A DNA stretch of 33,697 nt from a virus. Its lineage: Duplodnaviria > Caudoviricetes. This document shows positions 16,953 through 27,800 of the stretch, piece by piece. Position numbers and translations under genes: made by a program. The stretch lies in IMG/VR virus record IMGVR_UViG_3300017721_000089, positions 1 through 33,697 of that record, one strand, 5' to 3'. Numbering within the stretch: position 1 is the stretch's first letter; every line of letters starts with the position of its first letter. The notes under the pieces were generated by a model. The model saw nothing but the letters and a program-made list of their open reading frames with translations. It made no database searches and was not told the DNA's origin.

Positions 16953-18908
16953 CTATGGAGCAGCTATTGCGTAGAAAATGTAATTACCGTTTAGTTGGTT
17001 TACTTCTTGGTAAGCAAAAGCTGTATTGTCCTCATTCACTATAAACCCACTAGAAGTAGTATCTATAAGATCATGTCCTGTGTCCTCTGCATCTGTATGA
17101 TCTAAAAACAACTGAGGATCATTATTACCCGCAGCGATCCCTCTATAACTATCAAAAACACTCCACCTCGCGGCTGTTGTATTGTCATACTGTTTAATTA
17201 AAACGAACTTTGCCCCATTTGAAAATCCACAATCGATTGTTTGGCTTGTGCCATTTCCAGTATAGCTTCCTATCTTGGATACGCCTGGAAGTGAAGAAAA
17301 GAGAAAAATTGACCCTATGTCACCAGGGCCAATAAAATCACCTGTCCAACTGCCAATAGTAAGCTGTGTTGCTGTAGGTGCAGAAGGCCAAGTGTTTGTT
17401 TGTGTGTTGTCCATTGCTGCGTCACTATTAAGGTACGCATAGCTATAAGTGTAATCAAAATCTTTATGATAAACCATCCAATTAGACGTGCCACCTCCGA
17501 CATTATTTCTTCTGCGTTTTGCCCACATCATTTCAGGAATTACACCAAGGTTATGATCTAAAGTCAGTACTGCTTGTGATCCCGCAGTATAAGGAACTAT
17601 ATCAAAATAACCAGGCGCACGTCTCCACATCCAGGAAATCATGTTTCCATTGGTATTAGCCCCATAATAACCATCTTGATAATCATAACTATAGTTAGAA
17701 TTATCGGATTCTTTTGCTGTTGTGTTAGTTTGGACGAATGCTCCCTGTGTAAGTCTTGAACTACTTACAGTATCTACAGCAACTGCTCTGGTTCTTTGAA
17801 TTGACATGTCTACAGGAAAACCAGAAACAAAGTTAGGAACAACATTTGAACCCGCCCAAGTGTTTACGGCAAACACCTTACTCGAACTTGTAGGCGTTGC
17901 AAGTGGGCCTTTGCGTATTGCTATATAAACATATTTTCCGCTACCAACAGTAGCTGAAATCGCTTTAAAGCCATTTGATTGAATTTTAAAATAGTCATAA
18001 TCTTCTTCATCGTTAGGTAAGTTTGGATAAAGAGCTTTATCAATTGTGCCGTAAGCATCTGCCGTTAAGCCACGCATTGTATCATAAATATGCCAATTAC
18101 CCGTTCCGCTTGCCTTTTTTACAAGCAACCACTGAGGTTCAAAGCCAAGATTAACTGTAGCAAGCCCACTGTAATCTCCGACTTTAATAATATCTTGATC
18201 TCCAGATGGCCCAAATTCGCCATCACCATTATTGTTTGCAAATAAGTAAGCGACATATGTTGCGTTTTCTATATTTGCGTCAATTTTAAAACTAGATGAG
18301 AAAACAGTAATAGAAGTAGGTGTTGATGTAAAAGCAATTGAGGCTAGCTCTGATTCAGGCTCATTTAGTTTTAATGAACAGTCTCCAAAAGTTGAACCTC
18401 CAAAAGCAGAATAAACACCCCAATCCCCATCACTATCTGTACGTTTAATTATAACAAAAGCAGGGGCAACACCTAAATTATGAGAGATGGTCTGAGATCC
18501 AGATGAATTTCCAGTATACTCAAAACAATCAAAAAATTTTGGACACTTTCTAAATGTCCAAGAGCAGTAATCTGTGCCAAGTGCGTTTGTATTTGCATAA
18601 TTCCCACTTACAAATTGAAACCCATCCGTTTTAAAAGAAATAACCGCAGGAGTTTCTTGGTCTAAATCTAAATTTGGAAATAGTGTTTTATCATTACCTC
18701 TTTCAGTGTCCATCATTGCGTGATTGGCAGCAGAGGTTCTACTTTTCCACCAAATCATCCCCCCGTCATCTTGAAGGTTAACCCCATTTTGGACATGCAA
18801 ACCACTGCCAGTACCAGGATATACATAATTACTGAACACATCATCTACATCAGTACGAACGTTTGGTGAGCCATTTGCAGATGAAAGAAATTTAGCTAAT
18901 TTAGCCAT
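16953..18908 (-). CDS. Tail fibre tip / receptor-binding-like repeat protein
   Basis: 651 aa with repeated units (YTG..., HNLGV.P, GF.P..v.iK.R, W..yD..RG, L.PN) common in marine phage tail proteins. Confidence 0.75.
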   Translation of the reverse strand: MAKLAKFLSSANGSPNVRTDVDDVFSNYVYPGTGSGLHVQNGVNLQDDGGMIWWKSRTSAANHAMMDTERGNDKTLFPNLDLDQETPAVISFKTDGFQFVSGNYANTNALGTDYCSWTFRKCPKFFDCFEYTGNSSGSQTISHNLGVAPAFVIIKRTDSDGDWGVYSAFGGSTFGDCSLKLNEPESELASIAFTSTPTSITVFSSSFKIDANIENATYVAYLFANNNGDGEFGPSGDQDIIKVGDYSGLATVNLGFEPQWLLVKKASGTGNWHIYDTMRGLTADAYGTIDKALYPNLPNDEEDYDYFKIQSNGFKAISATVGSGKYVYIAIRKGPLATPTSSSKVFAVNTWAGSNVVPNFVSGFPVDMSIQRTRAVAVDTVSSSRLTQGAFVQTNTTAKESDNSNYSYDYQDGYYGANTNGNMISWMWRRAPGYFDIVPYTAGSQAVLTLDHNLGVIPEMMWAKRRRNNVGGGTSNWMVYHKDFDYTYSYAYLNSDAAMDNTQTNTWPSAPTATQLTIGSWTGDFIGPGDIGSIFLFSSLPGVSKIGSYTGNGTSQTIDCGFSNGAKFVLIKQYDNTTAARWSVFDSYRGIAAGNNDPQLFLDHTDAEDTGHDLIDTTSSGFIVNEDNTAFAYQEVNQLNGNYIFYAIAAP

Positions 18909-19333
18909 TAAGTGTAGCTCCCTACATAGGCTCCATACAAGGTTGTACTAATCTTCCAAAACACGACAGTATCATTAGCCGTTAATATCGGCGTAGCGTT
19001 ACCAGAACTTGTAACCCAAGTCATTGTTGGGAATAAAACATTGTAAGTTACACCACCATTAATCATAAGAACAATACTCTCACCGCTAGACAAGCTGTCA
19101 GTTAACGTTACAGGGGCTGATAATGTTTTTGTTTGTATTGTACCATTGGCAGGGTCAAGTGCTGTCCCTGTTAGGTTATACACCGTCTCTACAACGCTCT
19201 TCTCAAAAGTAACGGCATCTCCTGCAACTGTTAGCAGGGTTGTCCCATCAGCTTGCAAACCAAGTTGACCAGATGTGTCACCAGTTACTATTGCCCCACC
19301 TACTGAGGTGTCTGCATTTATTGTTGTAGTCAT
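18908..19333 (-). CDS. Short tail fibre shaft/base protein (pair 3)
   Basis: 141 aa, Thr/Gly-rich. C-terminal domain LDPANGTIQTKTL...DTVVFWKISTTLYG is related to those of the 152-aa and 168-aa proteins. Confidence 0.75.
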   Translation of the reverse strand: MTTTINADTSVGGAIVTGDTSGQLGLQADGTTLLTVAGDAVTFEKSVVETVYNLTGTALDPANGTIQTKTLSAPVTLTDSLSSGESIVLMINGGVTYNVLFPTMTWVTSSGNATPILTANDTVVFWKISTTLYGAYVGSYT

Positions 19334-19347
19334 GTCGTTACTCCTTT

Positions 19348-19363
19348 TAGTTCAATTGAACTA
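19348..19363. promoter_or_regulatory. Palindrome AGTTC-N4-GAACT, copy 2 (perfect 16-bp TAGTTCAATTGAACTA)
   Basis: Fills the space between the stop codon at 19364 and the AAGGAG RBS (19341-19346) of the next gene. Confidence 0.65.
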
Positions 19364-19849
19364 TTATGGCTTTGCAGGCCAATCAGCGTCTTCTATTTTA
19401 GGCCAATTTTTATGTGTAGTTATATCACGAAGTGCTTGGCGATAGGTAGTCATTTCTGAACTCATAGTTACATCTGACATACCCCAAAAGTCTGTTTCTG
19501 TAAGCCTTTCATTACGAACACGTCTGTTTGCTTCCGCTGTAACTAAATCAAGATTATTTTGGTAATCAGCTTCTTTTTCTGCTTTCGTGCCATCATCTCC
19601 ATCTGCAAACATATCTGCAACAACCCATTTTTCAACCCAGTTACCTGAACTATCTTGCTCTACACCATCTCGCACAACGTTTTGATACTGACCTGGGGTG
19701 GGTTTAGCACCTGCAAGCACTGGATCTACGTTTAATGCATCACAAACCTCAGCTACCCATACACGAGGTATAGACATATTCGGATTGTCTCTGCGAATCT
19801 CTCCTTGAGTTTTTACTTCGCCTGTTTCTCTGTTTCTATATTCAGCCAT
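19364..19849 (-). CDS. Tail fibre assembly chaperone-like protein
   Basis: C-terminal RRVRNERLTETDF...YRQALRDIT...WPAKP is the phage tail assembly chaperone signature. Confidence 0.85.
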   Translation of the reverse strand: MAEYRNRETGEVKTQGEIRRDNPNMSIPRVWVAEVCDALNVDPVLAGAKPTPGQYQNVVRDGVEQDSSGNWVEKWVVADMFADGDDGTKAEKEADYQNNLDLVTAEANRRVRNERLTETDFWGMSDVTMSSEMTTYRQALRDITTHKNWPKIEDADWPAKP

Positions 19850-19876
19850 TAGTTGATTCTCCTTTATGACTTTGAA

Positions 19877-21298
19877 TTACGGTATATTATAAACCGTGTT
19901 AGGATAAGTAACTGATTGTGCAACACTGACACCTGCTTGAGCCGCCATTGCACCATTTGTAACGGATAGTGTTGTAGCGGTTGTAGGAAAAGTAGTAATT
20001 GTACGAGTTAATGAATAGGATTCATAGGTAAAAAAACCATAAGTTCCAGTGCCTGACCCATCAGGAGGAAGTTTACATGTTAATATGTCTGAAGGTTCAC
20101 TTGCATCCCATAGCACCCTCCCTACGAGTAATACATTTTCAGAGCTATCAAGCGCAGTATCTCTAAATTCAATCCTACGTGAATCACTGTTAGATGGTCG
20201 AAGTCTATTTGACCAGTCAATTGATCCATCTGAAGTAGAACATTTTAGAACAACACCATGAAAATCGTTGCTAGGATTATCAAGTTCATAGTAACTAATA
20301 TAAAGACTACTTCCCGAAGGAGAAATTGCCACTGACATTTTTGATTCAGTATGCGTTGTTCCTTGTCCAACAGTCTGTTGCCACTGTACAGTTCCGCTAG
20401 AGTTCATCTTCATAACGAACACGTCAACAGCATTGCTTACATCAGAATTTGCGCCAACGCAGTAAATGTTATCATCACCGTCTAACTCAACATGATGTAA
20501 AGACTGACTCTTTCCTGTAGTAGCTCTATCTCCAACAATCTGTTGCCATTGCAATGTGCCGTCTGAAGCCCACTTAGTAACAAGAAAAGACCCACTATCT
20601 GAGGGAGTTAAACTGTTGTCACCGTTTTGACCAACTGCAATAATACTTCCATCACTTGTAATAGCTAAATCTGCAAGATTAGTTGGAATATTATCTGTGT
20701 GTGAAGTATCAGGGTCATAAATAAATTTTTGCCATGCTTGAGAACCAACAGAATTAAATTTTTGTATTACCCCCGCAGGTTGATTTGTGCTTGCTCCCGT
20801 ATAATTAGTTCGGCTTCCGCAAACGTAAACATTTCCAGAACTGTCTGTCTTAACTGCTTCATATATTGCAGTTACAGGGGTTCCACTAGGGTCATAGTTG
20901 TGAGACCACTCTATATATGGATTTGCAAAATTAGGCGTAAGTTTTGCTATGAAAGCTCGATGATTAGAACTCTCATGTCCACAAATATAGATATATGCGT
21001 TTTCATCTACGTGAATATCTTTTGGGTTAAAAGAATATGGTGAAGCTGTATTATAGATAGAACTGTTAGTTGGATTTAAAGTTCCGTCAGGGTCGTATCT
21101 TGCAACCCCGATATTAGCGGAACCACTTCCGTCAAATAGTGCGTATATCTTATTAGATAAATCTACTGAAACCGCAAATCCTTGTTCTGAATCACTTGTC
21201 CCAGGGGGATTTCCTACTCCAGTGTGAGCAATCCAGTGAGGAGGATCACCAAATGAAGCAGCAGAACCAAAAAGGAACAGGCGAGAAGTAAGACTCAT
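19877..21298 (-). CDS. Beta-propeller protein, putative fibre tip/adhesin (pair 2)
   Basis: 473 aa with repeated blades: DSSGNVYVCG, DGDDNIYCVG, KFNSVGSQAWQK, KWASDGTLQWQQ, KMNSSGTVQWQQ. Confidence 0.75.
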   Translation of the reverse strand: MSLTSRLFLFGSAASFGDPPHWIAHTGVGNPPGTSDSEQGFAVSVDLSNKIYALFDGSGSANIGVARYDPDGTLNPTNSSIYNTASPYSFNPKDIHVDENAYIYICGHESSNHRAFIAKLTPNFANPYIEWSHNYDPSGTPVTAIYEAVKTDSSGNVYVCGSRTNYTGASTNQPAGVIQKFNSVGSQAWQKFIYDPDTSHTDNIPTNLADLAITSDGSIIAVGQNGDNSLTPSDSGSFLVTKWASDGTLQWQQIVGDRATTGKSQSLHHVELDGDDNIYCVGANSDVSNAVDVFVMKMNSSGTVQWQQTVGQGTTHTESKMSVAISPSGSSLYISYYELDNPSNDFHGVVLKCSTSDGSIDWSNRLRPSNSDSRRIEFRDTALDSSENVLLVGRVLWDASEPSDILTCKLPPDGSGTGTYGFFTYESYSLTRTITTFPTTATTLSVTNGAMAAQAGVSVAQSVTYPNTVYNIP

Positions 21299-21753
21299 AT
21301 TTGTGCCGCCGCGTTAACCGCTAAAGAACCATACCATGTTGTACCACCATCGAATGTCATAAACACAAGCACATCTGTATCGCCGCTTAAAGGAGAAGGC
21401 GGGGCAAGCCCGTTAGAAAAATACACGTTAGTTCCAAGCCCAGTATAATTAACAGTATGCGCTCCACCTGCTGTAATAACCAACGTAAACGAATACGCTG
21501 TGCCAGTAGTAGGTACGTTACTAACCGCTCCAAACGCAGTAACACCACTTGTGGTTAGTGTGAATATATTTCCTAATGCACAATCTACCGTGGGGCTTGT
21601 GCCAGATAATGCAACTTGTTTTTCTTGATAGGACGTAGCAAGAAAGTCAGCGCCGATAGTGCCGTCTCCACCTACATCGATGTTTGCAGAACCTGTAGTT
21701 ACTATATCTCCAGTAGACGAAATTCCTGTTGTGCCGTTAATTGTTACTGTCAT
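21295..21753 (-). CDS. Short tail fibre shaft/base protein (pair 2)
   Basis: 152 aa. MTVTINGTTGI...SNVPTTGTAYSFTL...VNYTGLGT...DTDVLVFMTFDGGTTWYG. Clear paralogue of 23042..23548. Confidence 0.8.
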   Translation of the reverse strand: MTVTINGTTGISSTGDIVTTGSANIDVGGDGTIGADFLATSYQEKQVALSGTSPTVDCALGNIFTLTTSGVTAFGAVSNVPTTGTAYSFTLVITAGGAHTVNYTGLGTNVYFSNGLAPPSPLSGDTDVLVFMTFDGGTTWYGSLAVNAAAQI

Positions 21754-21764
21754 GATCGTTTCCT

Positions 21765-23045
21765 TTAACCGTATAGTAGAGCTGCATTGTTTAGTGTTGT
21801 ACTACTTAAGTAGTTACCTGGACTTTTTGCACTTGCGGGATCAGTTGCTACATCTAAAGTAAATCCTACACCCGTAGAACTAAATACAAATTTATGAACA
21901 AAGCTACTACCAGAGAGATTGTCTCCAAAAAAATATCCTACATTTTGAGCAGGATCATAATCAAAGTTACGGGCGTCTATTTCACCATTACTAAGCCTGC
22001 CAACCGTGTGTTGGGCGATGTTGTCTGGGTCAGAGGTATCAACCACATAATATCCTGTGTTCGGGTTTGAGGGGCTACCTTCATTATCTTTATATATATT
22101 CAACAGATATTTAAACTTATCGTCATGTACTAAAACCCTGGGGGTATCTCCGCCAAAAAAAGAGCTGCTAATATCAACATGGCTTCTTAGAGTAACCGTT
22201 GGGTAGTTGCTGTAATCTAGACAATATATAGTTTTTTGATATGATCTGTAGACCCCTGCATTTGTTGTGTTCGATTGCACAAAAAGTAATTTTCTTTTTA
22301 CGTCTATTCCCACAGGAGAAGTGTCACCACTATTATTGGCAGCAAATCTAAACTGAGAATTTCTTGTTACTGAATCCGCGACATAGGTGGCATAGCTAGG
22401 CGCACCGCTTGAATTATTAATTTGAGCAAAAAACAAACTTTCATCTTCATCGTATAATAAAGGAGAGTTAGATGCTAGACCGTTTCCAGATATTGAACTC
22501 CCATTATATGTAATTGACCCATACTGACTGGCACTGCCATTGCCAACATATTGAACAGGTTCATAAGTACTATTTCCTCGCCATTGAGTATTAGAGAAGA
22601 AGAATGCATTTGTCCCAACTCCAGTAGCATTTACTTGCTCTGTGCTTATAGGAGGAACAACTTTGGCATCACCAGTAGAGTTATTTCCAGTAGAACTTAC
22701 AGTTCTAACAGGATTGTCTGGATCAGACATGTCATACGCGATTACGTGCCGCCTGTAAGTAAATACACCACTATAAAACTGACCACTTTTGTTCCAAAGA
22801 ACCGCTTGGTTTTTTGTCGGGCTGTATCCGTAAGCAACATTTTGAAAGTTTTCATACGTAGGGTCAATAGGATCATCGTTTCCTACATACATAAGTGTGC
22901 CGTTATCTTGAATCTTAAAAAACCCGATTGTATTTCCTGTTGAGATAGCTGACCCTGAAGTTTTAGAAAACAACATATGGGTTTTAGGTTTTAAAACATT
23001 TGCCCCAGAAGAGCCTAACAACGATATGAAGTTAGTTAAGCTCAT
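21765..23045 (-). CDS. Beta-propeller-like protein, putative fibre tip/adhesin (pair 1), 426 aa
   Basis: Start reassigned to ATG at 23045 (ATGA overlap; MSLTNFISLLGSSGA). LVIVD-like repeats IAYDMSDPDNP, YVVDTSDPDNI and YCLDYSNYPTV. Confidence 0.7.
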   Translation of the reverse strand: MSLTNFISLLGSSGANVLKPKTHMLFSKTSGSAISTGNTIGFFKIQDNGTLMYVGNDDPIDPTYENFQNVAYGYSPTKNQAVLWNKSGQFYSGVFTYRRHVIAYDMSDPDNPVRTVSSTGNNSTGDAKVVPPISTEQVNATGVGTNAFFFSNTQWRGNSTYEPVQYVGNGSASQYGSITYNGSSISGNGLASNSPLLYDEDESLFFAQINNSSGAPSYATYVADSVTRNSQFRFAANNSGDTSPVGIDVKRKLLFVQSNTTNAGVYRSYQKTIYCLDYSNYPTVTLRSHVDISSSFFGGDTPRVLVHDDKFKYLLNIYKDNEGSPSNPNTGYYVVDTSDPDNIAQHTVGRLSNGEIDARNFDYDPAQNVGYFFGDNLSGSSFVHKFVFSSTGVGFTLDVATDPASAKSPGNYLSSTTLNNAALLYG

Positions 23046-23548
23046 GCCATTGCATCCCCCGCTAGAAATGCGTACCAACTCGTACCGCCGTCATAAGTTA
23101 AGAACCCAAGCACGTCTGTCTCGCCAGAAGCAGGAGGATCGGGGATAGTTCCACCTGCCCAATATATTGTTCCTAGTCCCGTGTAGTTCACGGTTACTGT
23201 GCCGCTTGCAGTAAGTTTTAAAATAAACCCATAAGCCGTACCAGAAGATGGGACATTCGATATAGTAAAATTTAGCGGACTCGCACTAGTTGTAATAGCA
23301 AATACATTTCCTGTAGAGCAGTTTATCACAGGACTTGCATCTGTTACGTCCACTTGATTTTCATTTAAGCCACCGTTTACCGTAGCCGTTCCCGTGACCG
23401 TAGCTGCTCCAGCAAATGTAGCAGATTGATCCGTGCCGATAGTGACCGCTGTTGTTGTGCCGTTTGTTTTAAGAACTAATGTTCCGTCTGTAGTACCCTC
23501 ACTAACCAGTGCTGTTCCTATCGTTGTTCCTGCCGAAATACTACTCAT
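23042..23548 (-). CDS. Short tail fibre shaft/base protein (pair 1), 168 aa
   Basis: Start reassigned to ATG at 23548 behind AAGGAGA. SNVPSSGTAYGFIL...VNYTGLGT...ETDVLGFLTYDGGTSWYA. Confidence 0.8.
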   Translation of the reverse strand: MSSISAGTTIGTALVSEGTTDGTLVLKTNGTTTAVTIGTDQSATFAGAATVTGTATVNGGLNENQVDVTDASPVINCSTGNVFAITTSASPLNFTISNVPSSGTAYGFILKLTASGTVTVNYTGLGTIYWAGGTIPDPPASGETDVLGFLTYDGGTSWYAFLAGDAMA

Positions 23549-23558
23549 AGTTATCTCC

Positions 23559-24386
23559 TTATATGACAACCCATCGTTGACCACTGGATACCGTAATTGT
23601 TACACCATTTGCTACTGTAACAGGGCCAACCGAAAACCCATTGGTTCCCGCAGCGAAGGTATAGTCTTCATCAGCAGTGGTGTTATTTACAATAATTGCA
23701 CCACCTGCCTCTCCTTGACCTGCAATAGCTCCCCAAGCGCCTCCCGCATATCCTTCAAACTGGCTGTCATCAGTGTTGTATCGAATCATACCGTTTACAG
23801 GAGATGGTCGAGCACCTGCACTACCAGAAGGCATAATCATAGCACTTGTTGATGTAGCAGTGCTTACATAATTACTACCACTACCGAGAATCGCATGTCC
23901 TTCTGTGGGGCTAAGACCAGAGATATCTGTTAGATTCTGATCCTCATTTTGAAAACTAAAGGTACTTGTTAGATCTACAACGTTTGCTGTAGCTCCCCCA
24001 CCATCAACATATACAATAGCGGACTTTGCATTCAATACGCTAACTGTAGTTCCAGAACCTTGGAATATAGTTATAGCTTGACCAGAGTTATTTTTTATAA
24101 AATAAATTTTTTCTTGATCGTTTGGCGTGATGTTGACTTGAGTTCCGCTACTTGGCGTTCCGCCAAAAACCAAAGCTCTATATTGACCATCAGACAAAGC
24201 ACCATCTGAAGTAGTAATATCATATCCCGCGCCAGGTGGCGTTGTCGGAAGAGTAATCTCCCCTACACCACTTGTTAATCTATCAACAATTTGTAAATTT
24301 ATATTTGTGGTATCACCCCATGTGCCTGACTGTTCGCCAGTTCCTATGAGTTCTATACCGCTATTTAGTGTATATGTACTAGGCAT
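23559..24386 (-). CDS. Tail fibre proximal/anchor structural protein
   Basis: 275 aa. N-term ELIGTGEQSGTWGDTTNINL, fibre motif PSGSAGARP...GMIRYNTDDSQFEGY, C-term SVGPVTVANGVTITVSSGQRWVVI. Confidence 0.75.
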   Translation of the reverse strand: MPSTYTLNSGIELIGTGEQSGTWGDTTNINLQIVDRLTSGVGEITLPTTPPGAGYDITTSDGALSDGQYRALVFGGTPSSGTQVNITPNDQEKIYFIKNNSGQAITIFQGSGTTVSVLNAKSAIVYVDGGGATANVVDLTSTFSFQNEDQNLTDISGLSPTEGHAILGSGSNYVSTATSTSAMIMPSGSAGARPSPVNGMIRYNTDDSQFEGYAGGAWGAIAGQGEAGGAIIVNNTTADEDYTFAAGTNGFSVGPVTVANGVTITVSSGQRWVVI

Positions 24387-24402
24387 GAAGTAACAATCTC
24401 CG

Positions 24403-24849
24403 TTATGGTCTTATTTCAGTATACTCGTTTGTAGTGTTTGGCGCAATATCAATCCATGTGTTTTCTGTTCCTGCAACATTTATCCATGTGTTGTTCGCAT
24501 CCGGAATAATTCTGCCCCAGACCTTTACCCCTCTAAAGGAAACAATTCCCGTTCCCTCTACTCCAGTAACAAAAATGTCAACACCAGTTCCAGGGAATAC
24601 ATCAACCCCTGTAACTTCTCCTGTAGCTTCTACTCCGTTTACATTGGCTTTAGTCGTTGGTTTTGCTTCAGCGTTTCCTACCGCTGTGGTTGCTTCTATG
24701 TTGGTGAGTAATTGAACGCCCCAAGCACCTGAACTCCAGATACCACGACCCCACCCTTCAGCATCAATTGTAGTAACAAAGACTTGTGCGTCTTGTTGTG
24801 CTGCGCTTTGAGAAAACGCAGATGCTGCAAATGCTTCGTTACCTAACAT
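24403..24849 (-). CDS. Virion structural protein with VTGvEAT.xVG repeats
   Basis: 148 aa. GWGRGIWSSGAWG, three beta-repeats, and a C-terminal NTWINV/NTWIDI/NEYTEI repeat. Confidence 0.7.
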   Translation of the reverse strand: MLGNEAFAASAFSQSAAQQDAQVFVTTIDAEGWGRGIWSSGAWGVQLLTNIEATTAVGNAEAKPTTKANVNGVEATGEVTGVDVFPGTGVDIFVTGVEGTGIVSFRGVKVWGRIIPDANNTWINVAGTENTWIDIAPNTTNEYTEIRP

Positions 24850-24852
24850 GTC

Positions 24853-27800
24853 TTACGCCTGTGATTCAGACCAACTAATTCGCCCCGATGTTGTAAATGG
24901 GTTTGATGCACTAACCGTTGAAGGATCTTCGTTCAGTACCACAACTACAGTCAATACGTCTGGCCCGTCTGGAAACACATTATCTCCTCCTAGAATTGAG
25001 TTACCAAGAGTGGCAATTTCTCCCAAGTTTTCTGTAGTAAGTTCAGGTGTTCGAGCCGAAGTTCCCGTACCACCAGAAGCCTCAAAGTTATACACACTTA
25101 AACCACCTGTAATCGTGTCGGAGTTTTCGTGAAGAATAAGCTGACTTAAACTTGGATTTGTAACACGCAACCATGCATTTGATGAAAGCTGACCGTTTAA
25201 AATAAGTCGAACTGTACACGCATGGGTAGAAAGAACAGACACTTGATTTAGGATTAGCTGCATACGATTAATAATCTCACGTTCTCCCAAGAACCCAGGA
25301 GCACTTGTGTCAACCGATGGTGCTAGTCGAACACTAATTAAAGGCAGTTCTTTGGTAACGTTAAGAGCTTCTCCACCTGCACCAATAGTATATGTAGAAG
25401 ATGTTCCAGAAACACCTGTAGGGACACTATCTATGACTAACAAATCTCTAGTTCTGATATCTGTAAAATAATTATAAAGTGGATGTGTTTCCGCACTGTA
25501 AATAGAAGGCAAGTAAGGCTGATAGGGTGAAACTGATGTACTTGTTGGATTTGCAAGTTTTGTTCCTACTGGTATATCCGCCCCTGAAATTGAGGTTCCC
25601 GCCGCAAACGAAGCAAGAACAGCATCTGGGGCATCTAATGAAAGAGCATATCCAATTGGAGCATAGTTTTTACTATTAATTCTATAGTAATATGTGCTCG
25701 TGTAATCTACTTTTGCACTCACAGTATCAGAAGCTGCACCCGTTAATGCTAGATTATTAGATGAAGCGTTAAAAATATAAGCCTTATCTGAATCAAATCT
25801 ACCATCCATAATTACCGATGTACCCCAGTGAGCCAACGCAGGGACATATGTTGGTGTTCCTATATTCTCAATAGTATAACGAGCAGGGACGTTACCTGAT
25901 CGCATATATGCTTCGGTAAAGAAGTTACCATGAATAAAGCTATGAACGTATCTAACGTTACCGTGTTGGTCTTTAAATCCAAAGCGCACTTTACCTGCAC
26001 CATACCAAGAGTAATCCATGTAAGCCATTTGAATCTTATTCAGATCTAATTTAAACCCTGTATAACCAGTACCGTCACAGACATCTTCATTCCATTCTCG
26101 TTGAGGAACTCTGGTGTCTTCTGTTTTTGTAATCACAACCTTAGTTGCATCTACACCACGATAGCTAGGAGCTATATACAAGACCGTGTCACTTTCTATT
26201 CTTGTTATAACGTGTGACTGACCTTTAATTACAATCTTGTCACCTTTGCGAAGCTGAGTTGTAAATTTTGTGTCTGCGCCTGAGACCTGTCCAGACCTAA
26301 ATTGAACTGTGGCATATCCACTAATCTGACGAACAGAACTTCTACGGCAACAGTATAATTCCTGACCATCGTACTCAAAGAAAAGACCGTTCTGGTCATC
26401 AAACAAACCGCAACGAAGCGCACTGTTTGACCATGAATTTACATAATACTCTACAACACCCGATGCTTGTGCGTCTGATGGAGTGCCTCGCAATGTGACC
26501 GTAAATGTTACTTCATCAACAATAGTGTCAATGTTAAACACTCCATTCCATAGATTTGCAGTGTTACTATCTGGGTCTGTTGGGGTTGGCGCTGCAAAGC
26601 CCATACCTACATGGACTTGACAGTAAGTGTACAAATCAGGGGCAGATGCAGCTACCGTTATTTCTGTGTATCCATCTGTTCCAGGTGTCCCACCCGTCGT
26701 CACACCAGTTGTATATTCTGTACCGCCGCCGTGCGTTCCATCCTCTGTAGTTGAAAGACGGATCGGATGCCCAGAATTAGAGCTATCAGACTGATCAAAG
26801 CGATAAGTTCTTCCTTCATACAGAGTAAGAGAAGTTACAATTTCGTTATTAATACTATAAACGTTTTGATATCCTGTGCCATCATCAAGAACACGAATCG
26901 TTAAAACTTCTGTGCCTAACGTATCTGAACTATTTGTTGACCCCGATATAGTGATTGCTAGACCTGCGGAAAGTCTATGAGCAAATCGAGTTTTGATTGT
27001 ACCTGTTGAACCAGACCGACTAAACGTATCAATCTGACTTGTTGGACTAAAATTAACAGCGTAGCTAACTTGAATCCCTTTACCAGATTGATAACGAAAA
27101 TACTTTCGTGTCTGACGAATCATTGCGGAATCAGGATTTGTAGGTGGAATAAGCTCCACACCACCATCATAAGGACGGTGTAATGCAAATCCATCTGGAC
27201 GAAGTAAAAGAGATGTTCTTTGAAGGTAATTCACTTCAGTTTGTGCTGTTGCAGGAAGAGCAGTTTCAACGGTAATTTGACCATCACTGTTTACATAATT
27301 AATAATACGCTCAGTAAGACCACCTGTATCAGACATGTGGTTCACACTAGCACTTGTACCCGAACCTGTAATCTGAATTACATTTGTGCCTGCGGCTGCA
27401 TCTGTCTGAGTGTAGTGAACGTAAAAAGTATTAACATCTCTTAATCTAGCATAGTAAAGTTCATTTTCATCAAGTCCTGGTGGAAGAGATGTGACTGCGG
27501 TAAAGCGAATAAGATCACCTGTAGCTAAACCATGACCATTTGCTACAAAATAATCTGCTACAGAATAAGATGTTATTGCAGTAGTTGCAGTTGTTTCTGG
27601 CACATTAAGAACAATTTCATCACCTTTATTAATAAAAGAAGTAAATGAAGTTCCTTCGCCAGTTAAAGTTGTAGAAGACGCATCATAAGCTACTGTTCCC
27701 GCACCGCTAAATGTACCTATAATAGTTGTTGGTTGAAAACTAAACGTCCCCGTTAAGGGAGTGGCGCTGCTTCCAATTTCCGAAAGTGCTATTGCTGTTC

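Noticed and set aside
21295-23045. Programmed frameshift fusing base and tip genes
   Set aside because: The junctions are ordinary ATGA/TAATG coupling, with no slippery heptamer seen.
16953-23548. Possible diversity-generating retroelement or invertase shufflon acting on the fibre cassettes
   Set aside because: No reverse transcriptase or recombinase in the window, no near-identical TR/VR pair seen, and all cassettes are co-oriented without flanking inverted repeats.
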